From: Longimicrobiales bacterium
GTDB taxonomy: Bacteria > Gemmatimonadota > Gemmatimonadetes > Longimicrobiales > Gaopeijiaceae
DNA: 64,000 bases
NCBI GenBank assembly: GCA_965116905.1
Contig: OZ220732.1
Span: 4,128,001 to 4,192,000 of the forward strand
Reading direction: 5' to 3'
A program made the translations under genes and the position numbers. The notes under the pieces are model-generated. The model worked only from the letters and a program-made list of their open reading frames with translations, searched no databases and had not been told where the DNA came from. Positions 30,667-40,712 of this stretch are shown piece after piece (position 1 is the stretch's first letter; each line of letters starts with the position of its first letter).

Positions 30667-32037
30667 ATGGGATTCACGACGATCAACCCCGCCAGCGGCG
30701 AAATGCTGCGCAGGTACCCCTTCATGTCCGGCGACGCGCTGGACACCGCCCTCACCACCGCGCAAAAAGCCCAGCGGGCCTGGGCCGCGATACCGGTGGA
30801 GGAGCGCGCCCACACCGTAGCCGGTCTCGCGGCACACCTCCGCGCTCACGACAGCAAGCTCGCCCAGATCGTCACCATGGAGATGGGCAAGCCCCTGGGC
30901 GAGGCCGTGATGGAGGTCGACAAGTGCGCCTCCGGGTGCGAGCACTATGGCGAGATGGGTCCCGGCTATCTGCGCGACCAGGCGGTCGAGACCGAATCGC
31001 ACCGGAGCTACGTCACCTTCCAGCCCCTCGGACTCGTTCTGGCGATCATGCCGTGGAACTTCCCCCTCTGGCAGGTGATCCGGGCAGCCGTCCCGGCCCT
31101 GATCGCCGGAAACGGCGTGCTCCTCAAGCACGCGCCCAGCGTCCCCTGTTGCGCGCTGGAGCTCACCGGGCTTTTCCGGGCGGCGGGGCTCCCGGAAGGG
31201 CTGTTCACCAACGTCTTCATCGACCTGCCGGCCACCGCCGACCTGATCCGCGACGCACGCGTCCAGGCGGTCACCCTGACCGGCAGCACCCGCGCCGGCC
31301 GCGAGGTCGCGCGCCTTGCCGGATCGGAGATCAAGACGTGCGTGCTGGAACTCGGCGGCAGCGACCCCTACATCGTGCTCGAGGACGCCGACCTGCCCCG
31401 CACCGTCGAGGCGTGCGTGACCGGCCGCCTCATCAACGCGGGCCAGAGCTGCATCGCGGCCAAGCGCATGATCGTCCACGAGACGGTGGCGGACGAGTTC
31501 ACCGAAATGGTGATCGCGCGAATGGGAGCCACCCGCGTGGGCGACCCCATGGCCGAGATGACCGATGTCGGGCCGCTCGCGCGCGAGGATCTGCGCGACC
31601 ACCTTGCCGGACAGGTCGCCCGCAGCATCGAGGCCGGTGCCGAGTGCCCGCTGGGCGGCAAGGTGCCCGACGTGCCGGGGTGGTACTACCCGGCCACGGT
31701 GCTGGCGGGCGTGAAGCCGGGGATGCCCGCCTACGACGAGGAGATGTTCGGGCCGGTTGCCTGCATCATCCGCGCCGAGTCCGAGGAGGAGGCCATCCGC
31801 ATTGCCAACGACACCGCGTACGGGCTCGGAGCCGCGGTCTTCACGCGGGATCTGGAGCGCGGAGAACGCATCGCGCGAACCGGAATCGAGGCCGGGTCCT
31901 GTTTCGTGAACGACTTCGTGAAGTCCGACCCGCGACTGCCTTTCGGGGGGGTCAAGTCCAGCGGCTTCGGGCGCGAGCTGGCGGATTTCGGGATCCGCGA
32001 GTTCGTCAATGTGAAGACGGTAAGGGTCGAGCGTTAG
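30667..32037 (+). CDS. NAD(P)-dependent succinate-semialdehyde dehydrogenase (Sad-like)
   Basis: IMPWNFPLWQ, LTGS, LELGGSDP, NAGQSCIAAKR, EEMFGP, PFGGVKSSGFGRE. Confidence 0.9.
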   Translation: MGFTTINPASGEMLRRYPFMSGDALDTALTTAQKAQRAWAAIPVEERAHTVAGLAAHLRAHDSKLAQIVTMEMGKPLGEAVMEVDKCASGCEHYGEMGPGYLRDQAVETESHRSYVTFQPLGLVLAIMPWNFPLWQVIRAAVPALIAGNGVLLKHAPSVPCCALELTGLFRAAGLPEGLFTNVFIDLPATADLIRDARVQAVTLTGSTRAGREVARLAGSEIKTCVLELGGSDPYIVLEDADLPRTVEACVTGRLINAGQSCIAAKRMIVHETVADEFTEMVIARMGATRVGDPMAEMTDVGPLAREDLRDHLAGQVARSIEAGAECPLGGKVPDVPGWYYPATVLAGVKPGMPAYDEEMFGPVACIIRAESEEEAIRIANDTAYGLGAAVFTRDLERGERIARTGIEAGSCFVNDFVKSDPRLPFGGVKSSGFGRELADFGIREFVNVKTVRVER

Positions 32038-32089
32038 ACGCACGCCGCGGCCCGCATCCCCACCTGGCGAACGGGCGCCTCGGCCCGAA

Positions 32090-33640
32090 CTACCGTCGTT
32101 TCAGCACGCTCCCGGGCGTCGCACCCGTCACCGCACCGGCCTCGTACACGACCACGCCCGCCACCCACACGCGCTCGATGCCCTCGGCCGTCAGGTGCGG
32201 CTCGGAGGTCGTCGCCCGGTCGATCACCGTCGCCGGGTCGAAGAGCACCATGTCCGCGGGCGCTCCAGCCACGAGAACCCCCCGCCCCGACAGCCCCACG
32301 TGGGCCGCCGCCAGCCCGGTCATCTTGTGGACCGCCTCCTCCACGCCGAGCCGCCCCTCCTCGCGCACGTAGCGTCCCAGCACCCGCGGGTAGGCCCCGA
32401 ATCCACGCGGGTGCGCACCCCGCAGCCCCCCGTCGCTCGACACGTTGGTATGCGGCCAGGCCATGAGCGTGGCGATGTCGTCGAAGGTCATGCTGGTCCC
32501 GACGATACTCTCGCCCCCACGCCCGCTCTCCCGCCCGGCCCGCGACTCCGCGATCAGATCGAGGTACGTCGTGACCGCGTCCGTCCCGCGCTCTTCGGCG
32601 ATCTGCGCCAGCGTCTTCCCCTCCAGCGCCGTATCGGCCTCGAAGCGCCCGATCAGCATCCCCTCGGGCGCGACCAGCTCCTCCAGCGCGTACCGGGCAG
32701 CTTCCCGATCGGTAAAATCGCGCTCCGGAAACAGCACCGTCATCGTCGACTGCCAGTACTCGTACGGATAGACGTCGGCCGTGATGTCGAGGCCCGCAGC
32801 ACGCGCCTCGTCGAGCCGCGCCAGCACGTCGGCCGCCTGCCCCCAGAGCCCCCGCGCCGCCAGCTTGAAGTGCGAGATCTGCACGGGCAGCCGCGCCCGC
32901 TCCGCAATCTCGATCGTCTCCTCGATCGCCTCGTGCAGGGCCCGGTCCTCGCTGCGCATGTGCGAGATGTAGCGGCCCCCGAGCGCGGCGGCCGTCTCGG
33001 CAAGCGCGACCACCTCGTCCGTCGACGAATAGATCCCCGGGTCGTATTCCAGGCCGGTGGACAGCCCCAGCGCGCCACTCGCCAATTCGATCCCCAGCAG
33101 CATCTGCATCGCCGCGATCTCCTCCGACGTGGCCTCCCGGCGGAAGTCGTCGCCCATGATCTCCCGCCTGAGCGTGCCGTGCCCCGCGTACGACGCCACG
33201 TTGACCGCCGCCGGCGTCGCCTCCAGCGCCGCGAAGAAGTCCGCTACGGGGAAGCGCGACCCCCCGTCCTGCCCCGCGACAATCGTCGTGATCCCCTGGC
33301 TGACCGCGGCCAACGCCGTCAGCTCCTCCAGCAGCCCTCCGTCGTGGTGGCTGTGGGTGTCGATAAAGCCGGGCGCAAGCACAAGTCCGCCGCCGTTGTG
33401 GACCGGCTCGCCGTTTTTGGGGGAGAGAGCGTCGTCCGCGTCGGCGGCGGCCACCTCGACAATGACCCCGCCCTCCACGCGCACGGCGCCGAGGAAGCCG
33501 GGGCTCCCCGTCCCGTCGACGATCGTGGCGCCCCGGACCAGGAAGGACTCGGCTTCCGGCGGCGCGGCCGCGTCGCCACAGCCGGACAGAAGCGGAAGCC
33601 ACGCGGTCACCAGCAGGGCCAAACCGGCACGCCGACCCAT
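32090..33640 (-). CDS. N-acyl-D-amino-acid deacylase family amidohydrolase (lipoprotein)
   Basis: APGFIDTHSH, GLSTGLEY, SHMRSE, ADVYPY, HPRGFGAYPRVL; lipobox LSGC. Confidence 0.88.
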   Translation of the reverse strand: MGRRAGLALLVTAWLPLLSGCGDAAAPPEAESFLVRGATIVDGTGSPGFLGAVRVEGGVIVEVAAADADDALSPKNGEPVHNGGGLVLAPGFIDTHSHHDGGLLEELTALAAVSQGITTIVAGQDGGSRFPVADFFAALEATPAAVNVASYAGHGTLRREIMGDDFRREATSEEIAAMQMLLGIELASGALGLSTGLEYDPGIYSSTDEVVALAETAAALGGRYISHMRSEDRALHEAIEETIEIAERARLPVQISHFKLAARGLWGQAADVLARLDEARAAGLDITADVYPYEYWQSTMTVLFPERDFTDREAARYALEELVAPEGMLIGRFEADTALEGKTLAQIAEERGTDAVTTYLDLIAESRAGRESGRGGESIVGTSMTFDDIATLMAWPHTNVSSDGGLRGAHPRGFGAYPRVLGRYVREEGRLGVEEAVHKMTGLAAAHVGLSGRGVLVAGAPADMVLFDPATVIDRATTSEPHLTAEGIERVWVAGVVVYEAGAVTGATPGSVLKRR

Positions 33641-33647
33641 GTCGCCC

Positions 33648-35225
33648 TCAGCCCCGATCCACTTCCGGCACCGCCCTGTCCATCTCGGCCGCCACGTCCT
33701 GCGGATCACGCATCTGCGTCAGGTCCAGCTCGTAGTCCGGCACCTCGCGCGGCACGAGTTTCTCCTTGAGCTCGCGGATCTCGCGGCCCGACAGGCCCAG
33801 CCCGGCGAGCTCGGCGTTCGTCAGCCCGGTCCCGCTGCGGGCGGCCAGCCCATCGTCACCGACCGACACGAGCCGGGACAACGCCGCGATCTCGGCACCG
33901 GAGAGCTTGTCGCCCATGACCTGGTAGTCGACCCAGGCCTCGTAGCTCAGGGGCGCGACGCGCTTCACCATCCCGGCCATGACCCGGCCGTACTCCTGGA
34001 TCTCCCACTGCGCGTGGTCGTCGACCCGCAACGTGAGGAAGTGGAGCAGGTTGTGGAGGTCGATCTTCCAGTACCACTGCGTGTACGTGGACAGCGGCAG
34101 GTCGATGCGGGCCAGCTCCCGGGCCACGTTCTCGCCCACCAGCCAGCCGTAGTCGTCCGCCGCCCGGGCGCGAACCTCCTCCCAGCGGCGCATCGCTTCG
34201 CGGTAGAAATCGGGATCGACGGAACCCGGCGCCCTCCCCTGGTTGCTTGTCGCGCTCTGCAGCGAGAACTGGTCCTGCTCGGGGCTGTAGAAGAGGAGCG
34301 GCATGAGGCTGTACCTGCCGCTGTATTCGTTGACTGAGTTGTGCGTCACGATGCCGTTGGCCACGAAGTTGTGGTGCGGGCCCTCCACCTCGAGGTCGTA
34401 GGTTTCCCGTTCTCCCACGTATTCGAAGCGGGCGATGCGCACGAGTTTGGCCTTGTAGCGGACCTGGTCCCAATCGAGCTTCTCCGCCGCCCCGTTGACA
34501 CACACGAAGTAGTCGCCGTGCCGCCACACCGCGCGTCCGCGTGTCTCCCGCACCCCCGTGGCCCCCCGGAGCGTGTCCCAGCCCCCGGCAAACAGGAACT
34601 GGTGATCCGCCGTGGCCTCGATCGACTTGCCGTCTTCCAGGACCATGCGGAACACCGGCTTGACGCCGTTTCGGTAGACATCCACGATGCGCGTGTGCTG
34701 GAAAGTGAGCGTGTCTTCGTCGACCTGCCTCAGCTTCATCCGCTGCACGCGGTCGCGGCGGAAGAAGGGATTGCGCTGCTTGTCCGGCCGGGTCCTGTTG
34801 CGGGTCGGCTGAAAGCGCCGCCAGATCTCCTCGATGGGCAGCTTGTACAGCTGCCGCCTCCCTCTCGCCTCGGCGCCAGGCAAGTCGAAGTAGACTTCGG
34901 TGCCCTCCGCCAGACACGCCGTCCGGTGCCGTATCCACTGCCTCGCCACGAACATCGGCATCGCGCAGTGGAACTTGAACTCGACCATCTCGGACGGCGT
35001 CGTGTGGAGGTGGCGGCGCAGGTAGCGGATCAGCCCCCGCGTGGCCGAGACCTTGCGCGTGCCGTAGCCGTAACTCACGCGGGCCGCGCGCTCCACCGAA
35101 TCGTCGGTCCCCATGTAGTCGACCAGCGCGACGAAGCCGTGGTCCAGCACGGGGAAGTAGCCCCCCAGGATCTCTTCGGCGGCGGGGACGGTGGGGCGGC
35201 GGGTGGGGTGCGAGGTCGGTTCCAT
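33648..35225 (-). CDS. thyX: Flavin-dependent thymidylate synthase, intein-containing
   Basis: AARVSY, HTTPSE, FVARQWIRHRTA | intein | SVNEYSGRY, ARELARIDLP, HFLTLR..HAQWEI. Confidence 0.93.
   Translation of the reverse strand: MEPTSHPTRRPTVPAAEEILGGYFPVLDHGFVALVDYMGTDDSVERAARVSYGYGTRKVSATRGLIRYLRRHLHTTPSEMVEFKFHCAMPMFVARQWIRHRTACLAEGTEVYFDLPGAEARGRRQLYKLPIEEIWRRFQPTRNRTRPDKQRNPFFRRDRVQRMKLRQVDEDTLTFQHTRIVDVYRNGVKPVFRMVLEDGKSIEATADHQFLFAGGWDTLRGATGVRETRGRAVWRHGDYFVCVNGAAEKLDWDQVRYKAKLVRIARFEYVGERETYDLEVEGPHHNFVANGIVTHNSVNEYSGRYSLMPLLFYSPEQDQFSLQSATSNQGRAPGSVDPDFYREAMRRWEEVRARAADDYGWLVGENVARELARIDLPLSTYTQWYWKIDLHNLLHFLTLRVDDHAQWEIQEYGRVMAGMVKRVAPLSYEAWVDYQVMGDKLSGAEIAALSRLVSVGDDGLAARSGTGLTNAELAGLGLSGREIRELKEKLVPREVPDYELDLTQMRDPQDVAAEMDRAVPEVDRG
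34338..34916 (-). mobile_element. Mini-intein (193 aa) in ThyX
   Basis: Block A CLAEGT, block B IEATADHQF, blocks F/G TYDLEV..HNFVANGIVTHN, +1 Ser; no endonuclease domain. Confidence 0.92.
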
Positions 35226-35332
35226 GGCTCCCAAGCTAACCCGTTGCTCCGAGAACGGGCGAGACCGGTTTGCGTCCGCACGCGGGGTGCGAGTATGGGT
35301 ACTTCCACAACTCGGAACCCGAGGAGGATTCC

Positions 35333-37072
35333 ATGGCATTTGTCACGCCGCCCATTCGGCGGACTCCGACCGCCGTAGTAGCCGCGGTCGCCGCCGCAGC
35401 CATCGCCCTGCTGTCCTGCAGCGCACCACCCGAAACCCCCGCGCCCCGCGGCATGGTCACCGGCACCACCGGAGCGCAGGCCATCGAGGGGGGCGTCGAG
35501 ATCCTCAGGGCCGGGGGCAGCGCCGCCGACGCCGCCATGTCGACCGCGCTCACCCAGATCTGCATGGCCGCCGGCTCGTGGGTCAGCTACGCCGGCCTCA
35601 TGACGATGGTCTACTACGACGCAGAGAGCGGCGAGGTGCACAACCTGAACGCGGCCTACAACACGGTGGCCGCCGAGACCGACCCCCTGACCATCCCCGG
35701 AATCGACCTCAGCGGCGGATTGGGCGGCTTCGAGGCCGAGCCCAACGGCCGCACCGTCCTCGTTCCGGGGTTCATGAAAGGCGTCGAGGCCGCCAACGAG
35801 CGCTTCGGCAAGCTCCCCTTCCAGGACCTGTTTACGTCGGCCATCGCGTGCGCCGAAGATGGGTTCGAATACCAGGACGGCAACGCGGGTCAGTATGCTT
35901 ATCGAGAACAAGTGTTGAGTCGTCTGCCCGAAACGAAGGCAATCTTCACAAGGGCAGACGGATCGCCCTACGAAGCCGGCGACATGTTCACCCAGCCCGC
36001 GCTGGCCGAAACGCTGCGCAGGGTGGCCGAACAGGGCGCGGACTACATGTACAGGGGTCCCTGGGCGGAGAAGCTCGTCGAATTGGTCGGCGACATCGGC
36101 GGGCGGATGACCGTCGAGGACCTCGCCAACTACGAGGTCGTCTGGAGCGAGCCCGCCCGCGGCAGCTACCGCGGCTTCGACCTCTACGCCCACGGCAGCC
36201 CGGCCGAAGGCGGCATCGGCCTGATCGAGGCCATGAACCTGGCGGAGCTGGCCGGCGTCTCCGACCATGGCCACTACGGCGACTCGCCCGAGGCGCTCTT
36301 CTGGCTGACCCAGATCGCGCGGCCCGGCCTCACCTTCGCGATCGGCGGCAAGGAGGCCGCGGACGGCATAGCGGCGATGATCGGCGCCGACCTCACGCAC
36401 GAAACCCGCGTGCAGAAGGAGACATCGGCCAGGCTCTGGGGGGCCATCCAGGACGGGTCCTTCCCCGGCGTGGTCGTCCCGGGGGGTGGTGCCGCCCCGC
36501 ATTCGGACGCCGTCGTCGCCATCGACCAGTGGGGCAACATCGCCGCGGTCGTGCACTCCATCAACACGGTGAGCTGGGGCACCACCGGCATCTTCGTGGA
36601 CGGCATCTCGATCCCGGACTCGGGCATCTTCCAGCAGGGCATGATGGCCCAGATCGAGCCCGGGAGCCGCCTTCCCGACCCCACCAACCCGGGCCTGGTC
36701 CTGAAGGACGGCAGGCCGTTCATGGGGTTCAGCTCGATCGGGTCGGGGCTTCACCAGCGCACCATCGGCGGCCTCATCAGCGTCCTGGATTTCGGGCTGA
36801 CGCCGCGCGAGGCGGTCGACAAGCCCGCCCTGGGATCGTTCTCGTTCAGCGCGCTCGTGGAGGGTGCGACGGGCCCCGCCGCGCAGGAGGTGGGCGTGGG
36901 CGACTACCCGCCCGAGTTCATCGCCGAGGTCGAGGCGCTGGGCCAGCCGATCGTGGAGAACGACGCCACGCGGGGCTACTGGATCGCGATCATGATCGAC
37001 CCCGCGACGGGCGACTTCCACGGCGCCTCGATCCGGGGTCTGGAGCTGGGTGGGCGGGCGGTCGGGTACTGA
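35333..37072 (+). CDS. Gamma-glutamyltransferase-family Ntn hydrolase (lipoprotein)
   Basis: GGSAADAA, VLVPG, RFGKLP, QPALAETL, EDLANYE, AIDQWGN; lipobox LLSC. Confidence 0.85.
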   Translation: MAFVTPPIRRTPTAVVAAVAAAAIALLSCSAPPETPAPRGMVTGTTGAQAIEGGVEILRAGGSAADAAMSTALTQICMAAGSWVSYAGLMTMVYYDAESGEVHNLNAAYNTVAAETDPLTIPGIDLSGGLGGFEAEPNGRTVLVPGFMKGVEAANERFGKLPFQDLFTSAIACAEDGFEYQDGNAGQYAYREQVLSRLPETKAIFTRADGSPYEAGDMFTQPALAETLRRVAEQGADYMYRGPWAEKLVELVGDIGGRMTVEDLANYEVVWSEPARGSYRGFDLYAHGSPAEGGIGLIEAMNLAELAGVSDHGHYGDSPEALFWLTQIARPGLTFAIGGKEAADGIAAMIGADLTHETRVQKETSARLWGAIQDGSFPGVVVPGGGAAPHSDAVVAIDQWGNIAAVVHSINTVSWGTTGIFVDGISIPDSGIFQQGMMAQIEPGSRLPDPTNPGLVLKDGRPFMGFSSIGSGLHQRTIGGLISVLDFGLTPREAVDKPALGSFSFSALVEGATGPAAQEVGVGDYPPEFIAEVEALGQPIVENDATRGYWIAIMIDPATGDFHGASIRGLELGGRAVGY

Positions 37073-37097
37073 GGGCAGGAACGGCAAGGAGGAGGAC

Positions 37098-38036
37098 ATG
37101 AGCAGGGGAATTCTCGCGGGAGCGGCCGCGGCGGCCATCGTGGCCCTTGGCCTGGGTTGCGTCGGTGCCCGGACCGACGCCCCGCCGGGCGAAGCGGATC
37201 CGTCTGGAGGCCCGGGGCACGATGCCTTCGAGATCTACGACTCGGAAGCCTTCGTGATGAGTTCGACCAACGTCGGGGACGACTTCCTCATCGCGGTCAG
37301 CCTGCCTGCCAGCTACGGTACCGGTGAACAGTCCTACCGGCTCGTCTACGTGCTGGACGCCAACATCTCGTTCGGAATGACGGCCGAGATCGCGCGCCTG
37401 TTCCAGGTGGATCTGATCCGCCCGGGAGTGCCCGAGATGGTTCTCGTCGGCATCGGCTACCCGGACCCCGCTCGCGCCGGCACCCTGCGTGCGCGCGACC
37501 TGACCCCGGAGGGCTCGCTCTCGGACGAGTTCGACCAGCTCCTCCGCTCCGCCCCGGTCTTCGACGGCCTGGGAGGCGCGGCCGCGTTCCTGCGCTTCAT
37601 CGAAGACGAACTGCACCCGCGCATCGTCGGCGACTACCGTGTCGAGACCGAGGGGGTCGGATTCCTGGGCGATTCCTTCGGCGGACTGTTCACCGCATAC
37701 GCCTTCCAGCAACGGTCTCCCGTCTTCGACCGCTACTGGATGGGCAGCCCCGGACTCCTTCCGGCCAACGAGCTTCTCGAAGGGCTCCCCGCCGCGATCG
37801 AGCAGGGCTTCGAGCGCGACACGCGCGTGTTCATCACGCTGGGCGAACTGGAGGAGACGGGAGCCGTCGACATCTACAACGATCTTGCCGTGGGTACGCG
37901 ACGACTCATCGAGATCTTCGAGGCCAACCCCGCGAACAACCTGACGGTCACATGGAAGGTCTACCCCGACGCGACCCACATCACGACCGTGCCCCCCGCC
38001 CTGACGGACGCGTTTACGGCGTTGTTCATGAACTGA
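37098..38036 (+). CDS. IroE/BesA-like alpha/beta hydrolase (putative esterase), lipoprotein
   Basis: VYVLDAN, VGIGY, RARDLTP, FLRFIEDEL, GDSFGG, terminal His. Confidence 0.85.
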   Translation: MSRGILAGAAAAAIVALGLGCVGARTDAPPGEADPSGGPGHDAFEIYDSEAFVMSSTNVGDDFLIAVSLPASYGTGEQSYRLVYVLDANISFGMTAEIARLFQVDLIRPGVPEMVLVGIGYPDPARAGTLRARDLTPEGSLSDEFDQLLRSAPVFDGLGGAAAFLRFIEDELHPRIVGDYRVETEGVGFLGDSFGGLFTAYAFQQRSPVFDRYWMGSPGLLPANELLEGLPAAIEQGFERDTRVFITLGELEETGAVDIYNDLAVGTRRLIEIFEANPANNLTVTWKVYPDATHITTVPPALTDAFTALFMN

Positions 38037-38116
38037 GGGGCGCGACGTTGCTCGGGCTCGCCAGCCCGGCGTCACCGTGGTCCCCGGACTCGCCAGCCCA
38101 GGCTTTCGCGTCCGAA

Positions 38117-38145
38117 TTGCGTAAAATACATAAAATACGTATTCT
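38117..38145 (+). promoter_or_regulatory. sigma70 promoter/operator of the Phd-VapC operon (leaderless)
   Basis: TTGCGT-17-TATTCT ending 6 nt before ATG 38152; TAAAATAC direct repeats and an AATACGTATT palindrome overlap it. Confidence 0.65.
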
Positions 38146-38151
38146 CTCGGC

Positions 38152-38454
38152 ATGCCCAAGCCATCGAATTCGTCCAGGGATCGCGCCGTCAGCGCCACGT
38201 ACGCGGCCAGAAACTTTGCGTCCCTGGTCAACCGGGTTCGGGAGGAGCGCGCGGCCTACGTCGTCGAGCGTAGCGGTAAGCCGGTCGCCGAGATTCGTCC
38301 CGTGGAGGACCGCGATGTCACCGTGCGCGAATTCGTCGGGCTCTTCCCCTCGGACGCTCGCCGGCCTGCCGACGAGGAATACCTGCGGGCAGTGGAGGAG
38401 GGGATCGCCTTCCTCAACCGGGCAGAGATTCCGGAGAATCCGTGGGACTCCTGA
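38152..38454 (+). CDS. Phd/YefM family antitoxin
   Basis: VSATYAARNFASLVNRV...VERSGKPVAEI; overlaps the PIN gene. Confidence 0.85.
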   Translation: MPKPSNSSRDRAVSATYAARNFASLVNRVREERAAYVVERSGKPVAEIRPVEDRDVTVREFVGLFPSDARRPADEEYLRAVEEGIAFLNRAEIPENPWDS

Positions 38455-38843
38455 TCGACTCGAGCGTGCTGATCGCGGTGGAGCGCGGCCAGCTCCGGGC
38501 GGATGACGTTGCGGGGGCCGCACGCCCCGACGAGCCCGTGGCGATCGCGGCAATCACCGCTTCCGAACTGCTACACGGCGTTCAGCGGCTGGCTGGGGCG
38601 CGGCGAGTCCGGACCGAGCGGATTGTCACACGATGGCTTTCAGAGCTTCCGGTCATCCCCTTCAGCATCGACGTGGCGAGGGTCCACGCGGCTCTCGCGG
38701 CCCAGCACAGGCGCCGCGGGAGGCCCGTCGGAAGCCACGACCTGATGATCGCGGCAACGGCGGTGCACCTGGACTACCGGGTGGCCACGCGCGACCGCCG
38801 CAGCTTCGCGCGCATCGACGGGCTGGCGGTGGAGTACCTGTAA
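38442..38843 (+). CDS. vapC: PIN-domain VapC toxin
   Basis: LIDSSVLI, ITASEL, HDLMIAATA, ATRD..F. Confidence 0.9.
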   Translation: MGLLIDSSVLIAVERGQLRADDVAGAARPDEPVAIAAITASELLHGVQRLAGARRVRTERIVTRWLSELPVIPFSIDVARVHAALAAQHRRRGRPVGSHDLMIAATAVHLDYRVATRDRRSFARIDGLAVEYL

Positions 38844-38849
38844 ACCGCC

Positions 38850-40712
38850 TCACCCCCGCCGCGACCGCGCCGCCTTCCTCCGCCGGCTCGCATCCAGTTC
38901 CCGCTTTCGCAACCGGATCGCGTCGGGTGTGATCTCGATCAGTTCATCGTCGTCGATGAAGTCGAGGGCCTGTTCGAGCGTCATGCGCAACGGCGGCTCC
39001 AGGCGGACGTTCTCGTCGGCGGCGGTGGTGCGCATGTTGGTGAGCTTCTTGGTGCGGGCGATGTTCACGTCCATGTCGCCGGGGCGCGCGCACTTGCCGA
39101 CGATCATGCCGCCGTAGCAGTCCAGCCCCGGCTCCACGAACATCGTGCCTCGCTCCTGCAGCCCGAAGATGGCGAACGCGACGGCCTTGCCCGCGCGATC
39201 CGCGACCATCGCCCCGCGTCCCCGCCCGCGGATCTCGCCCGCCCATGCATCCCACCGGTCGAAGCGATGGTGGAGGATGCCGTCGCCCTTCGTGTCGGTC
39301 AGGAACTCGGTGCGATAGCCGAAGAGTCCCCGCGCGGGGACGCTGAACTCGAGGCGGGTCGTGCCCGAGTCGCCCATCGGCTTCATCGAGACCAGCTCGC
39401 CGCGGCGCCGCGCGAGTTTGTCGATCACGGTGCCGGCCAGCCCTGACGGGACCTCCGCCATGACCTCCTCGAACGGCTCCAGGCGCGCCCCGCCGCCATT
39501 CTCACGCGTGATCACCCGCGGACGCGACACCTGAAACTCATAGCCCTCGCGCCGCATGGTCTCCATCAGGATGGTCAGGTGCAGTTCGCCGCGGCCGCTC
39601 ACCGCGAAGGTGTCGGGACGGTCCGTAGCCTCGACGCGCAGGGCCACGTTGCGCTCCAGCTCACGCCGCAGCCGATCCCGTAGCTGCCGGGTCGTCACGT
39701 ACTTCCCCGCCCGTCCCGAAAAGGGGGAATCGTTCACGACGAAGTCCACCGAGATCGTCGGCTCCTCGACCGTGATGCCGCCAAGCCGCTCGGGGAAGCG
39801 TGGGTCGGTCAGCGTATCGCCGATCTCGACGCCGTCGGTGCCTGCCAGTCCGACAATGTCGCCCGCCAGGGCCTCCTCGATGTCGATCCGGTCCAGGCCG
39901 TTGAAGGTGTAGAGTCCGGTGACACGCGCCGTACGTCCGGCATCGGCCACCGCTGCGCTCTCGGCAGCTCCACCCCCCGTGTCCCCATCGGCCGGCGACA
40001 GCCGCGCCACCCGGTGTCCCACGCTCACCACCCCCCGCTCCACGCGCCCGATCGCGATCCGTCCCACATAGGACGAGTGGTCCAGCGTCGAGACCAGCAT
40101 CTGGAAGGGCCCGTCCGCATCGACCGGCGGCGGCGGGATGTGCTCGACCACCGCCTCGAAGAGCGGCGTCAGGTCGGGCCCGCACGCCGCGGGTTCCTCG
40201 GCGACCCAGCCCTCCCGCCCCACTCCGTAGAGAAACGGCGCGTCGAGCTGCCCGTCGCTCGCCTCCAGGTCCATCAGCAGCTCCAGGACTTCGTCGTGCA
40301 CTTCCTCCGGGCGCGCGTCCGTGCGGTCCACCTTGTTGATCACGATCACCGGCGCCAGCCCGAGCACGAGCGCCTTGCGCGTGACAAAGCGCGTCTGCGG
40401 CATCGGACCCTCGGCGGCATCCACCAGGAGGAGCACGCCATCGACCATGCGGAGGATGCGCTCCACCTCGCCGCCGAAGTCCGCGTGGCCAGGCGTGTCG
40501 ACGATGTTGATCTTGGTTTGTCCCCACTCCACCGCAGTGTTCTTGGCCAGAATCGTGATGCCGCGCTCGCGTTCCAACGGGTTCGAATCCAGCACCCTCT
40601 CCATCACCTCCTGCCCCGCCCGAAAGACCCCGGCCTGTCGGAACATCTGGTCCACGAGCGTCGTCTTGCCGTGGTCCACGTGCGCGATGATCGCGACGTT
40701 GCGCAGTCTCAT
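38850..40712 (-). CDS. typA: Translational GTPase TypA/BipA
   Basis: [53 protein letters not shown]. Confidence 0.96.
   Translation of the reverse strand: MRLRNVAIIAHVDHGKTTLVDQMFRQAGVFRAGQEVMERVLDSNPLERERGITILAKNTAVEWGQTKINIVDTPGHADFGGEVERILRMVDGVLLLVDAAEGPMPQTRFVTRKALVLGLAPVIVINKVDRTDARPEEVHDEVLELLMDLEASDGQLDAPFLYGVGREGWVAEEPAACGPDLTPLFEAVVEHIPPPPVDADGPFQMLVSTLDHSSYVGRIAIGRVERGVVSVGHRVARLSPADGDTGGGAAESAAVADAGRTARVTGLYTFNGLDRIDIEEALAGDIVGLAGTDGVEIGDTLTDPRFPERLGGITVEEPTISVDFVVNDSPFSGRAGKYVTTRQLRDRLRRELERNVALRVEATDRPDTFAVSGRGELHLTILMETMRREGYEFQVSRPRVITRENGGGARLEPFEEVMAEVPSGLAGTVIDKLARRRGELVSMKPMGDSGTTRLEFSVPARGLFGYRTEFLTDTKGDGILHHRFDRWDAWAGEIRGRGRGAMVADRAGKAVAFAIFGLQERGTMFVEPGLDCYGGMIVGKCARPGDMDVNIARTKKLTNMRTTAADENVRLEPPLRMTLEQALDFIDDDELIEITPDAIRLRKRELDASRRRKAARSRRG

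Noticed and set aside
34440..34520. Homing endonuclease within the ThyX intein
   Set aside because: Only a short linker lies between blocks B and F; no LAGLIDADG or HNH motif.
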